DNA of 55,659 bases. It comes from Candidatus Bathyarchaeota archaeon (GTDB lineage: Archaea > Thermoproteota > Bathyarchaeia > Bathyarchaeales > Bathycorpusculaceae). The notes beneath the pieces were generated by a model. It saw nothing but the letters and a program-made list of their open reading frames with translations. It was not told the origin of the DNA and made no database searches. The first letter of the stretch is position 1. Every line of letters begins with the position of its first letter. The stretch is taken from assembly GCA_963775895.1 (NCBI GenBank), contig CAVZKL010000014.1:1-55659 (forward strand), written 5' to 3'. The position numbers and the translations under genes were made by a program. This document shows, one piece after another, positions 39,671 to 51,176 of this stretch.

Positions 39671-39758
39671 GGGCTGTTTATTCGCTGAAAAAAGCTTATT
39701 GTGTACCTCCCCTCCTCGGTTTCAATGTATCATGAATATTAGGATCCAAATATGCGCG
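39671..39758 (-). repeat. ~90-bp dispersed element, copy 3 (inverted relative to copies 1 and 2)
   Basis: Reverse complement CGCGCATATTTGGATCCTAATATTCATGATACATTGAAACCGAGGAGGGGAGGTACACAATAAGCTTTTTTCAGCGAATAAACAGCCC. Confidence 0.92.
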
Positions 39759-39764
39759 TGTCCT

Positions 39765-40040
39765 CTATTCTAGACGTTTGATGATGTGGTATCCGAACTT
39801 TGTTTTGACGATTGGTGAAGTCTGTCCCTTCTGCAGTCCGAAGGCTGCTGTCTCGAATTCTTTGACCATTTTTCCTCTGGTGAAGGTTCCGAGGTCTCCT
39901 CCGCGTTTTCCGGATGGACAGAGTGAGGCTTCTTTGGCGATGTTGGTGAACTTCTCCCCTTTGTTGAGGCGTTCCACGATGGTTTTGGCTTCTTGTTCGG
40001 TCTTCACAAGAATGTGGGCGCAGTGAACTTTGTCTGGCAT
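39765..40040 (-). CDS. ppiC: Parvulin-type peptidyl-prolyl isomerase
   Basis: HILVK, SLCPSGKRGGDLG, MVKEFE, KTKFGYHII; ATG 40040. Confidence 0.93.
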   Translation of the reverse strand: MPDKVHCAHILVKTEQEAKTIVERLNKGEKFTNIAKEASLCPSGKRGGDLGTFTRGKMVKEFETAAFGLQKGQTSPIVKTKFGYHIIKRLE

Positions 40041-40158
40041 AGTCCAGTGATATTTGAGCCATGACTTAAGAACCTTTGTCAAACGTGGAGACATAAAGGC
40101 TTTTGAAGGATTGTTGATTCGCTGACGCTTGCTGTTCATCCGACTCGGAACTGCTCAT

Positions 40159-41033
40159 TTACTGTTTGGATTCAACCTCGGCTTCGTCTTCTTTTTTGTG
40201 TTCAACGTTTTCGGGCACGTGAAGAGTCGGATGATGATGTTGGATTCCCACGAACATTTTCATGCGGAAGAATTCCTCGCCCAGAACGTTAAGCAGCTCA
40301 GGTGAAGGAAACCCGAAGACTCTCATCTTGACTCTGTTGGCTGCAAACTGTGCTACGAACACTGTCGCAGCAAACAGAATGCCCGTGAAAAGGAGGACGA
40401 AGGGAGGGAAAAACCAGAAAAAGGCGGTAGCCGCAAATATGAGCACCTGCCGTTCGCGAAAGACTCCAGACAAAAACATCCACTACGTATGGGACTGCTA
40501 AGGAGGTTGCGAAGAAAATAGCCGCAACCGTGAGATGATAGTTGCTTAGTCTCGGAAGGGTCGTTCTCAGGAAGTCCATAACCTCGATATCGCCTTTGCC
40601 AAAGCTTTCCCGCTTCTTCAAAGCGTTCAGAATCGCGCTGGCGTTTTTGTAGACATCCAGAGTTTCATCGATCAGCAGAAAACCAAGACAAATGATCATC
40701 GTGAAAAAGGCAAGTAGAAAACCGAATTCAAAAATCTTCATTATGGCATAGCCTATGCCTATGAAAGATCCATAAATGGCTACCAAGATAAGCAGTTGAA
40801 GATGCTCATGAATCACGCTTCTCTTCTCGGCGTAGGGGTTGAAAACGTTGAAGGTTTTCCTGAACATTCCAACCTGTATCTCTCGTGGAAACTTTCTCAA
40901 GGCACGCGATTTTCTGTGCAACATCAAAGAGATTGCCAGTGACGCGCAGGCCATCGTGATCAGAACTACAGACGCCGCGAAAGAAGGAGCGTCAGACGGA
41001 AGTATGCTAACCGTATGGTCACCGGCTCTCCAT
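40159..41033 (-). CDS. Hypothetical membrane protein (frameshifted)
   Basis: ORFs 40298..40954 and 40159..40479 carry consecutive TM segments; probable ATG at 41033 is out of frame by an indel. Confidence 0.55.
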
Positions 41034-41119
41034 TATAGTTAAGCGAGAGTTAAACTTAAATTGCTGTCGATCTCTGCATGATTCCAAGCTGAACCCTGAA
41101 GCCACTCTGCAATGGAGTC

Positions 41120-41916
41120 TTGATGGTAGGAAAAACGCTGCCCGAATCAGTTCAAGAGAGGTTATGCACCACACGCTTTGGAAAGCAGATCTTTTTCAGT
41201 CGAACGGTCAGATCCACCAACGAGTGGGCCAGACAGCTCGCCGAGTCCGGTGCAGAGGAAGGAACAGTCACTGTCGCGGAGACGCAAACAGCTGGACGCG
41301 GAAGGCTCGGAAGAGAATGGATTTCCCCCCAAGGTGGCTTGTGGTTTTCGATCGTTCTCCGGCCCCGCAAGAGCGCCACTGAAGTATCAAAGCTCGCGTT
41401 CGTGGCCAGCCTAGCTGTGGCCAGGGTCTTGCGTCGGAAATATGGGCTCCGCGCTGAAACAAAGTGGCCGAACGATGTGACGGTCAATGGACGCAAAATT
41501 TGCGGCATCTTGGGCGAAACAGACTTTTCGGGCAAAACGTCAAATTTCACGGTGCTAGGGATCGGCATCAACGCAAACATCCAAACGAGCATGTATTTTT
41601 CACCGTCGATTAGGACCTATCGTGACTTCTATTCAGGATGAACTGGAACGAAAAATCTGCTGTTGACAAATTGCTTAGGGCAGTCCTTGAGCAACTGGAA
41701 AAATTCTACGACCTTTTCATTATTAAAGGCTTTGATCCTGTACTCACGCGGTGGAAGAAATATGCTGGTTTTCTGGGCAAACAGATCGCAGTGCAGGATG
41801 GAACCGAAAGAATCCGCGGTTTAGCCTACGACGTTGATACGGAGGGAGCCTTAATTCTCAAGCTCGAGAACGCTTCATTGAGGCGTGTGGTCGTCGGAGA
41901 CGTGTCTTTGCCATAG
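41120..41916 (+). CDS. birA: Biotin--protein ligase without N-terminal HTH; frameshift near 41620
   Basis: STN, QTAGRGRLGREW, KWPND, KICGIL; C-terminal SH3-like part in ORF 41638..41916 (GALIL...VVVGDV). Confidence 0.93.
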
Positions 41917-42059
41917 AAATGAAGATTGTTCTTGCGCATTACGTGACTGTGACCCTACGCCTTCTACGTGTGCGTTTCCACAAACCATAAGACTGAGACA
42001 GATGAAATCAATAATTGAAGCATAGAGAGTGTTTCTGTCGTTATGGAGGTGGAGGAAAA

Positions 42060-43859
42060 ATGTTTCCGTTGTTATGGTGGTTCACATGGATATTGGTGTT
42101 CGTGTTTCCCATGACAAGAGGCTCAATCAGAAACAAGTCGCGATACCTGCTGTTCGGGGTTTTCGGCGCGTTGTTCGGGTTCATTGCCATTGCGACCGTA
42201 ACGATCGACGTTTACATGGTTCTTTGGCTCATATTCTTCAAACTTTTCATCACCGCGGCAGAGTGGTTTTTCGCGTACGTGAACATCTACAGATTATCCG
42301 ACCGTGAGGAACGACCCATATACGAGAAATATGAGAACAGGAGAATCAGGTCGATGTTTGGTCGAGGCAACCGAAAAGACGAGTACAGATGGCTGGCCGG
42401 CTTTGCAATGGTGGTGGTAATCGTGTTTTCTGTCGTTATGCTTTGGCAGACTCAAGCTGCTTCGGCAGTTAACAACGCAGTTGCTTTCAACCAGATGCTA
42501 ACTTTTCAGCCAACAGGAACTCCCCTGTTTCAGCATGAAATACCAAACAACATGCTGCGGTTGACGACTGAGGAGCTGGCGAAAAGCATCGCATTAAGGA
42601 GTGCTGCGCACTTCGGAAGCGTAAAAGTGGGATCGGCACACATAACGATATACAACGGCCGCCTCGTTTGGGTTGTCACGATGGTGCCTCCAAACCTGTA
42701 CGGCGATAATTCCATAAAGGGATTAGTCATCGTTGACGCAAACAACCCCGAACTCGACGTGGAAATCATCGACAAACCCTTCACAGTCGGCGAAGGACTG
42801 ATCTACTTTCCACCATTTTACACAGGGGACATACAAGGAAACGCCTATTGGGGACAGTCGACCGCCGATGCGTACGGCAGAGCCACACTAACACCCGACG
42901 ATAAAGGTAACTGGAAATACGTGCTAACTGCCACGGAAGTCCAACAATGGTCGTTCGTCGCAAGCCCAAAAGGAGTGTACGTGTACAACGAGTCAGGACA
43001 AGTCGAAAACTTCTACAGCATGAACCATGTCCCCGACTGGGTCACCCAACGCTACGACGAAGGCTGGCTCAAAAGCATGATCAACGTGTGGGGCGGCACC
43101 AAAAGAGGAAACGGCTTTGACATATTCGCGGGAGGCTTCGCTTGGATACCCGCGTCAACTAACAGGGTGGAAATCTCGGACGACGTTCGATGGATCGTTG
43201 ACCCCGACACAAACAAGATAACTGCCCTCGTTGCAGTCGACTTCGTCGGCGAAGCACAGACGATGGCGGGGCTGTTTAAAACCACCGACAACGGAATAGA
43301 ATACTACGACACGAGAGGCTTAGACATTAAGAGTGGGTTGCAGGCGCAGAACGTCATCGAATCTCACATCCTAATGCCGACCACCGGTGCCTACGAAGCA
43401 GAAATGCCTCTGATTTACCCGATAAACGGTGAAAACGCCTGGTTCGTGCCACTGTACTGGCGTACCGTACAGGGCCAATCCACGTCGGCACAGGCGACCA
43501 TCAAACTAGCCGGCCTCGGAATCGTCGATGCGGTGAACCTTGACCACTACACGATAGTCATGACGAGCGAAGGATATCAAGGCGCGGCGCTGGTTGCAGA
43601 GGCAAAAAGCAGGTTCGAAGCAGGGATAGTTCAACCTTCAAACGAGAAAACAGTAACAGGAACACTGAACAACAGATTCTCTTACGTCAACAACGGCAAC
43701 ACTGTCTACGTCCTGACCATCAACCAAACCGACTACGCAGTCTACACGCAGACCTTAGATTTCACAACAGTCAGCAGGATCGAAAAACTTCAGATAGGCA
43801 GCACGGTGACCATAATAGTCAACTCGAACAACAACGAATTCATAAGATTTCCGAGTTAG
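42060..43859 (+). CDS. Hypothetical membrane protein with N-terminal TM helices and a large extracytoplasmic beta-rich domain
   Basis: About 600-aa ORF; GGAGG RBS before ATG 42060; about 4 N-terminal hydrophobic segments. Confidence 0.75.
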   Translation: MFPLLWWFTWILVFVFPMTRGSIRNKSRYLLFGVFGALFGFIAIATVTIDVYMVLWLIFFKLFITAAEWFFAYVNIYRLSDREERPIYEKYENRRIRSMFGRGNRKDEYRWLAGFAMVVVIVFSVVMLWQTQAASAVNNAVAFNQMLTFQPTGTPLFQHEIPNNMLRLTTEELAKSIALRSAAHFGSVKVGSAHITIYNGRLVWVVTMVPPNLYGDNSIKGLVIVDANNPELDVEIIDKPFTVGEGLIYFPPFYTGDIQGNAYWGQSTADAYGRATLTPDDKGNWKYVLTATEVQQWSFVASPKGVYVYNESGQVENFYSMNHVPDWVTQRYDEGWLKSMINVWGGTKRGNGFDIFAGGFAWIPASTNRVEISDDVRWIVDPDTNKITALVAVDFVGEAQTMAGLFKTTDNGIEYYDTRGLDIKSGLQAQNVIESHILMPTTGAYEAEMPLIYPINGENAWFVPLYWRTVQGQSTSAQATIKLAGLGIVDAVNLDHYTIVMTSEGYQGAALVAEAKSRFEAGIVQPSNEKTVTGTLNNRFSYVNNGNTVYVLTINQTDYAVYTQTLDFTTVSRIEKLQIGSTVTIIVNSNNNEFIRFPS

Positions 43860-44248
43860 TCAAGACCACAAGGGCGCACCAAAACCTATTAGGTTCGATG
43901 ACCGGTGAATTCGATCGGTGTGCCTCGTGCACATGTTGGCCGTCTATCTCGGCGTCCAGACGAAACAAAAGGACGTTTGATCGAAGTTGTACGTTTCAAA
44001 TGTTACAGACTAACATTAATGAACCGTGCGCTGATAATGACATCTGGGAGTGCAGATCCGCAAAACACGCTCATAAATTCTTTTCTTCCCTTCTTCTCTC
44101 CTCTCCGCTTCATTTGCGGACGCACTCCTTACCGCGCATCCTGACACAGCTTTTTCGCCGTGACAGTCTTTCAGTTTTTTGCTATTGCTTTTTCCCGCAC
44201 CGTCTAATGGTTGTTATCATTACGCACGCGAGGCGTCGTTCCCGAAAT

Positions 44249-44416
44249 TCAACCTCTTTTGGTTCCTCTTTTGCTCTGTTTAAATCGCTCGGCACATTTT
44301 GGGCAGCAGAAAGTGTATTCCTTTCCATCTATCGTTGTTGCATGCGTTGCAAACGTGCACGGTTCCGCTATGATTTCGGTCTTGCAGAAGTCGCATTGGA
44401 TGAACTTGGTTTTCAT
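44249..44416 (-). CDS. Small TRASH/YHS-like metal-binding protein (55 aa; not in the ORF track)
   Basis: MKTKFIQCDFCKTEIIAEPCTFATHATTIDGKEYTFCCPKCAERFK...; ATGA overlap with iscU stop; GAGGTGA RBS. Confidence 0.85.
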   Translation of the reverse strand: MKTKFIQCDFCKTEIIAEPCTFATHATTIDGKEYTFCCPKCAERFKQSKRGTKRG

Positions 44417-44799
44417 TTCGTCACCTCTTTGTTCTTCTGTTTCTCGTAGTAATCCTCTATCGCTGCGTGTAAGGCATCTGCAGCAAGGTTTGAGCAGTGC
44501 ATCTTCACGGGAGGCAAACCACCTAGCTGGTCTGCCACGTCTGCTCTGGTGATCTTCAACGCTTCCTCAAGCGTTTTGCCCATAGCAATATCAGTTACCA
44601 TACTACTCGTCGCGATCGCCGAGCCGCAACCGTACGTCTTGAACTTAATGTCGGTCAGCCGGTTGTCTTTGACCTTGATGTAAATCGTCATCATATCGCC
44701 GCACACAGGATTTCCGACCGATCCGATCCCGTCCGCGTCTGGTATTTCGCCCATGTTGTGCGGGTTTTTGAAGTGTTCCATCACTTTCTGAGTGTACAT
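44413..44799 (-). CDS. iscU: Fe-S cluster scaffold IscU/NifU
   Basis: GNPVCGD, GCGSAIA, KMHCSNLA. Confidence 0.96.
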   Translation of the reverse strand: MYTQKVMEHFKNPHNMGEIPDADGIGSVGNPVCGDMMTIYIKVKDNRLTDIKFKTYGCGSAIATSSMVTDIAMGKTLEEALKITRADVADQLGGLPPVKMHCSNLAADALHAAIEDYYEKQKNKEVTK

Positions 44800-45983
44800 T
44801 ATTGATTCAACTCTTTTGGTGTTAGAGGTGACATGGCTCTTAATCTTTTCACTATTCCAGGCATCAGGCTGATCACATAATCAACTTCTTCTTCGGTGTT
44901 CTCTCTTCCCAGAGTGAACATCAGTGAACCGTGGGCTTCCTCGTGCTTGAGTCCGAGCGCTAGGAGTACGTGAGACGGTTCAAGAGTCTTCGAAGTGCAG
45001 GCTGAACCCGATGAAGCAAACACTCCTTCCAAGTCGAGACTCAGCAGCATTGACTCACCCTCTATGAAATTGTACCTTACGGAGGCGTTGTCTGGGAGTC
45101 TCTTCGTCGGGTGTCCGTTGATGAAAGAATAGGGAATCGGTTTAAGCAAACCTTCGAAAAGTCTGTCTCTTAGCTTCGCGAGTTTAGCAGCGTTCATCGG
45201 CATTTCCTTTCTCGCTATTTCGGCTGCTTTTCCAAATCCCACAATTCCAGAGAGGTTTTCCGTTCCTGATCTGAGCCCGCGTTCTTGTCCACCGCCGTGC
45301 AACAGAGGTTCCAATCGGACGCCGTCCTTGACGTACAAGGCGCCGACGCCTTTGGGACCGTACATGTCATTAGACGAGATCGTCAGCAGATCTATGCCTT
45401 CGCTCCTCACGTCAATAGGTATTTGTCCACAAGCAGATGTGGCGTCAACGTGCAGGTATGCATTCTTTTGATGTGTAATTTTGCTGATTTCTTTGATCGG
45501 TTCGATCGTTCCTATTTCACTGTTTGCATAGACCACGGAAACCAAGACTGTTTTTTCAGTCAATTGCTTTTCAAGCGCGTCGAGTAGCACGAAACCATAC
45601 TGGTCGACTGGCACGAATACGGCCTCAAAACCCTTTGTGGTCAAGTATTTGATTGGGTTGACGACTGACATGTGTTCAACGCTTGACGTTATTATTCGTG
45701 TTCCTCGGTCCTTGTTTCGGTTCGCCACTCCTTTTATTGCCATGTTGTTGCTTTCTGTCGCTCCTGAGGTGAAAATGATGTTCTCCTTTTTCTCAGCGTT
45801 GATCAGCCCTGCAATTCTACCTCTTGCTTCTTCCAGAGCCCGTTTAGCTTCTTGTCCGACGGCGTGCAACGATGAGGGGTTACCGTAGAGTGATTTCATG
45901 TAGGGCAACATTGTCTCTAGTGCCTGAGGGTCAACAGGTTTGCCTGCCGCATGATCCATGTTAATTCTTCGAGGCGTCGACAT
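44799..45983 (-). CDS. iscS: IscS/NifS family protein with Asp in place of the PLP-binding Lys
   Basis: TSGATESNN, SSNDMYGPKG, GGGQERGLRSGTEN, SSGSACTS; ATG 45983 behind GGAGGA. Confidence 0.93.
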   Translation of the reverse strand: MSTPRRINMDHAAGKPVDPQALETMLPYMKSLYGNPSSLHAVGQEAKRALEEARGRIAGLINAEKKENIIFTSGATESNNMAIKGVANRNKDRGTRIITSSVEHMSVVNPIKYLTTKGFEAVFVPVDQYGFVLLDALEKQLTEKTVLVSVVYANSEIGTIEPIKEISKITHQKNAYLHVDATSACGQIPIDVRSEGIDLLTISSNDMYGPKGVGALYVKDGVRLEPLLHGGGQERGLRSGTENLSGIVGFGKAAEIARKEMPMNAAKLAKLRDRLFEGLLKPIPYSFINGHPTKRLPDNASVRYNFIEGESMLLSLDLEGVFASSGSACTSKTLEPSHVLLALGLKHEEAHGSLMFTLGRENTEEEVDYVISLMPGIVKRLRAMSPLTPKELNQ

Positions 45984-46026
45984 GTTTTTATCCTCCAGAA
46001 GCATGCACGCTTTTGTCCGCCTCTTT

Positions 46027-46263
46027 TTACTTGATCTTCTTGATTACTATTTGAACTTGATCTCCATTCCTTTCAACGCTGACAAGTTCCTGTTCTAGGT
46101 TCTTGACCAAGCTCCTTATGTCAGACTCTGCTGCTGGATCGTCTGCCAAAACCTCCAAGGTTTCGCCGACTTTCATTTCGTCGAGTTCCAACCTTGTCTT
46201 GAAGACGGGTTCAGGACAGTACAATCCTACACAATCCAGTTTCCTGTCAGGTTTTGATTTCAT
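46027..46263 (-). CDS. tusA: TusA family sulfur-carrier protein
   Basis: LDCVGLYCPEP, LEVLADDP. Confidence 0.92.
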   Translation of the reverse strand: MKSKPDRKLDCVGLYCPEPVFKTRLELDEMKVGETLEVLADDPAAESDIRSLVKNLEQELVSVERNGDQVQIVIKKIK

Positions 46264-46374
46264 GTTATTTCCTCAGTTACTAGAGCGGACATAGGATACT
46301 AGAAAAAGGTTTCGCAAAACAGCAAACCAAAACGCTGGCCAAAAGAGAGAGAAAAAATATCGATTTTCAGTTGT

Positions 46375-46692
<318 letters not shown>

Positions 46693-46807
46693 TCACCTAT
46701 CTTAGAGGACAGTCCTGAGAATATTAACTCTTCCATTATCAATGATCTTTGACGAAATTTACACTCGACTCGATTTCTTTGACGCATCGCGAAGCGCTGC
46801 GCTGAGA

Positions 46808-46848
46808 CCACAACCTTGTGGACCATCTTGAGGTCACAAAGGTTTAAA
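46808..46848 (+). promoter_or_regulatory. Dyads CCACAA-CC-TTGTGG and GACC-N7-GGTC directly upstream of the sod TATA box (TTTAAA)
   Basis: Read directly at 46808-46821, 46821-46835 and 46843-46848. Confidence 0.55.
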
Positions 46849-46890
46849 ACTTCTCGAATTACAAGTTACTAGTTGCAGGAGAAAAGAATC

Positions 46891-47511
46891 ATGGAACAAA
46901 GCAAAACGTACGTATTGCCAAAGCTACCGTACGATTACGGTGATCTACAGCCGTACATGTCCAAAGAACAGCTGACGATACACCACGATAAGCACCACCA
47001 AGCATACGTAAACGGTGCAAACGCAATACTTCAAAAACTAGACAAGGCGCGAAAAGAAGGAACAGACGTGGACATCAAATCCACTCTGAAGGAACTCTCG
47101 TTCAACATCGGTGGAAATCTTCTCCATTCGCTGTTCTGGAATAATCTGGCACCACCGAAGAAAGCAGGCGGAAAACCCGGCGGGGCACTAGGAAATGCGA
47201 TAGACAGCGAGTTCGGAAACTTCGATAGGTTCAAGAAAGAATTCTCACAGGCAGCTTCCAGCGTGGAAGGCTCAGGATGGGCCGCACTGACCATGTGCAA
47301 GCAAACCAAGAGACCCATCATAATGCAAATAGAGAAACACAACACGAACGTTTACCCAGGCTTCCACATACTAATGGTCCTGGACGTCTTCGAACACGCA
47401 TACTACATCGACTACAAAAACGATAGAGCCAAGTACGTGGAAGCATTCTGGAACATAGTCAACTGGAACAAAGCAAACGAACGACTCGAAGATTTCCGCA
47501 AAAAAACCTGA
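46891..47511 (+). CDS. sod: Fe/Mn superoxide dismutase
   Basis: [33 protein letters not shown]. Confidence 0.96.
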   Translation: MEQSKTYVLPKLPYDYGDLQPYMSKEQLTIHHDKHHQAYVNGANAILQKLDKARKEGTDVDIKSTLKELSFNIGGNLLHSLFWNNLAPPKKAGGKPGGALGNAIDSEFGNFDRFKKEFSQAASSVEGSGWAALTMCKQTKRPIIMQIEKHNTNVYPGFHILMVLDVFEHAYYIDYKNDRAKYVEAFWNIVNWNKANERLEDFRKKT

Positions 47512-47704
47512 AAAGATCGACATCCACAAACCCCACTCTTTCTTTGTCCCTTTTTACGTTCTCGCAAGGTTTTCAATGTGGTTCGGTCATCCTCTCAATG
47601 ACCCGGACCGAAATCATCTGGGAAAGAACATCGATTCCCTAACGTCGTGATTACCTGAAAAAATAAGAACTGGTTTCTGGGATCTATTTAATCTTCAGAT
47701 TGGG

Positions 47705-48655
47705 CTACTTTACGATGAGCACCGCATTGTTCGCGTAGTGAAGAACGTGGTCACTCACACTGCCCAACAAGAATCTTCTAACGTTGCCGTGACCCTTGTT
47801 GCCCATAACTATCAAGTCATAATCATCTTTGTCAGCAATTTGAGTGATGACGTTGCCCACATCACCCGATTCCAACCTTTGCTCAAGCTTCATGCCTTTC
47901 AGGTTACTTGCCACGCTGGAGAGCACATTTTTCCCGATTTCCTCAGACAATTTAGGCCTTATCCTTGCTAACGTTGACTCTTGAACATACAACAAAGTCA
48001 AATCAGCGCCGATTTTGCTCGCCAAGAGTCGGGCAAAGTCGGCCGCTCTCATCGAAGCTTTGGAACCGTCAACAGGAACCAACAATTTCGTAAGCTGTCT
48101 TTTATCTGCCGCAACCAGAACCGAAGTCTTTCCGTGACGCGCAACTTTCGAAGCTATGCTTCCCAAGTGCGGTTTCTTTTCCTCTTCTCCCGCGCTTCGC
48201 CCCATGACGATAAGGTCGAAGTCCTCATCCTCAGCTTCTTCGATGATCGACTGAGCCGGATCCTTATCCTCCACGAGTTCCTCGTCCACCCTCACTCCTT
48301 CATCCTTGAAAAGAGTAACAGCATTCTTGACGGCGTGCTCTCCCATCTCGCGATAAATACTGGTAATCTCACCTACCATTGTTCTCGGTGGAGAAGTCGA
48401 AGGCTGCCTGGGCAACTGCGTCGGAATCGTAAAGTCTCCTCTAGTTATGCCTGCGGAAAGAACATCCGTGTCAGCGCCTCCCAGGGTGAAATCCTTCCTG
48501 GCGACGTTCATCAGCTCATGGGCCACAACGTTCATAACCGTCACTTTCGAGCCGAACTTCTTGGCAATGGACGCCGTCAACTCCTGCGCAATAGTAGACG
48601 AAGTCGAACCGTCAACGGGAATCAAAATCTTTTGAAGGAACTCTTTTCCTGGCAT
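47705..48655 (-). CDS. Universal stress protein with tandem Usp domains
   Basis: Two (I/L)LxPVDGS...DLIVMG...LGS(I/V) units. Confidence 0.93.
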   Translation of the reverse strand: MPGKEFLQKILIPVDGSTSSTIAQELTASIAKKFGSKVTVMNVVAHELMNVARKDFTLGGADTDVLSAGITRGDFTIPTQLPRQPSTSPPRTMVGEITSIYREMGEHAVKNAVTLFKDEGVRVDEELVEDKDPAQSIIEEAEDEDFDLIVMGRSAGEEEKKPHLGSIASKVARHGKTSVLVAADKRQLTKLLVPVDGSKASMRAADFARLLASKIGADLTLLYVQESTLARIRPKLSEEIGKNVLSSVASNLKGMKLEQRLESGDVGNVITQIADKDDYDLIVMGNKGHGNVRRFLLGSVSDHVLHYANNAVLIVK

Positions 48656-48827
48656 TGTCGCACCTTTTTTTGTGTATAGTAGCTAGCCTATTAAGGCTTT
48701 TTGAACCAATTCCAGACACTCGACGCTCCAAAGTAAACAAACGCAACAATGCAGATCTTAAGTCTGGACAAGCTTTAAGAAAGCAAACAGCATAAAATCA
48801 CGATCAGAGTTCTCTAAAACTCGTTGA

Positions 48828-50211
<1,384 letters not shown>

Positions 50212-50321
50212 TAATGAAATGGCTGCACAGTAGCACTCTCGAACAGCGTCAACATTGCGACGAATCTAAATCATTATATTTCAGGTCATAAATAACGCTC
50301 CAAGGAAAAGGCAGTGAAAAC

Positions 50322-50606
50322 ATGAACAAGATAAAGGTCTCAGGCAAAAACAGTAAACACAAAGTCCTTCTGTACGCGTTGAGCACATGCGCGTGGTGCA
50401 AAATGACTAAGAAATTCCTCACCGATAGTGGAGTAGAGTTTGAATATGTTGATGTTGACCTCGCCAGCGATCAAGACCATGAAAAGATCCGCGATGACAT
50501 GGTCAGTAGAGGCGCCGACCCCAGCTATCCGACGATCATCGTTGACAATAAGACCGTAATCACAGGCTTCCGTAAAGACCTTCTGAAAGAGGCTCTGGAA
50601 CTTTGA
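50322..50606 (+). CDS. Glutaredoxin-like protein (CAWC)
   Basis: LYALSTCAWCKMTK, SYPTIIV, ITGF. Confidence 0.9.
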   Translation: MNKIKVSGKNSKHKVLLYALSTCAWCKMTKKFLTDSGVEFEYVDVDLASDQDHEKIRDDMVSRGADPSYPTIIVDNKTVITGFRKDLLKEALEL

Positions 50607-51149
50607 TCACATCTGGAGAAAGTGAGACAGAGAGCCGAAGCTGACGCCAAAACATACGGGTACTATCTAAATCCAGACTCAGATTTTCTTCAGGATCTTC
50701 TGGACGGGCTGAAAAAGAACGAAGAAAGATACGGTTATCCGTCATGCCCTTGCAGAGTAGCTACGGGCAATCTGGAACTTGACAGGGACATAATATGTCC
50801 ATGTGACTATCGAGATCCAGACGTGGCAGAGTACGGAACGTGCTACTGCGCCCTTTACATGCGAAAAGACTTGTACGAGGGCAAAACACCCATAACGCCT
50901 ATTCCAGAACGCCGTCCACCTGAAAAGCAGGCGAGAGCGTACGCCGTTGGGCAGACCAGTGTCTCAAAGGAGACAGAGAAAGTGCAAGCAACCAAACCCG
51001 TCGAGCAGCCCGGCGAAGTGAAGAAAAAATTGTGGTATTGCAGACAGTGTGGTTACGTGGTGTTTCGCGAAGATCCGCCCTACGTGTGTCCGATCTGCAA
51101 AGCTAAACGAGAGATGTTTGCTCCAATAGAAATAGGCGCGAAAGGTTAG
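50603..51149 (+). CDS. Ferredoxin:thioredoxin reductase catalytic subunit fused to a C-terminal rubredoxin (FDR-like); probable indel near the start
   Basis: CPCR, CPCDY, CYC motifs; C-terminal CRQCG...CPIC; TTG 50603 overlaps the grx stop. Confidence 0.9.
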
Positions 51150-51176
51150 AAAGAAAAGAAACCGTTATCCAGTCTT

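Noticed and set aside
30053-39758. 37-bp repeated core as a CRISPR repeat
   Set aside because: Copies are 1.3 and 8.2 kb apart, one is inverted, there are no regular spacers and no cas genes
31378-39758. Composite transposon
   Set aside because: No transposase, no evident target-site duplication, and a third copy lies outside the pair
47582-47612. TTCGGTC...GACCGAA hairpin between sod and usp as an ncRNA
   Set aside because: Short stem between convergent genes; at most a terminator-associated structure
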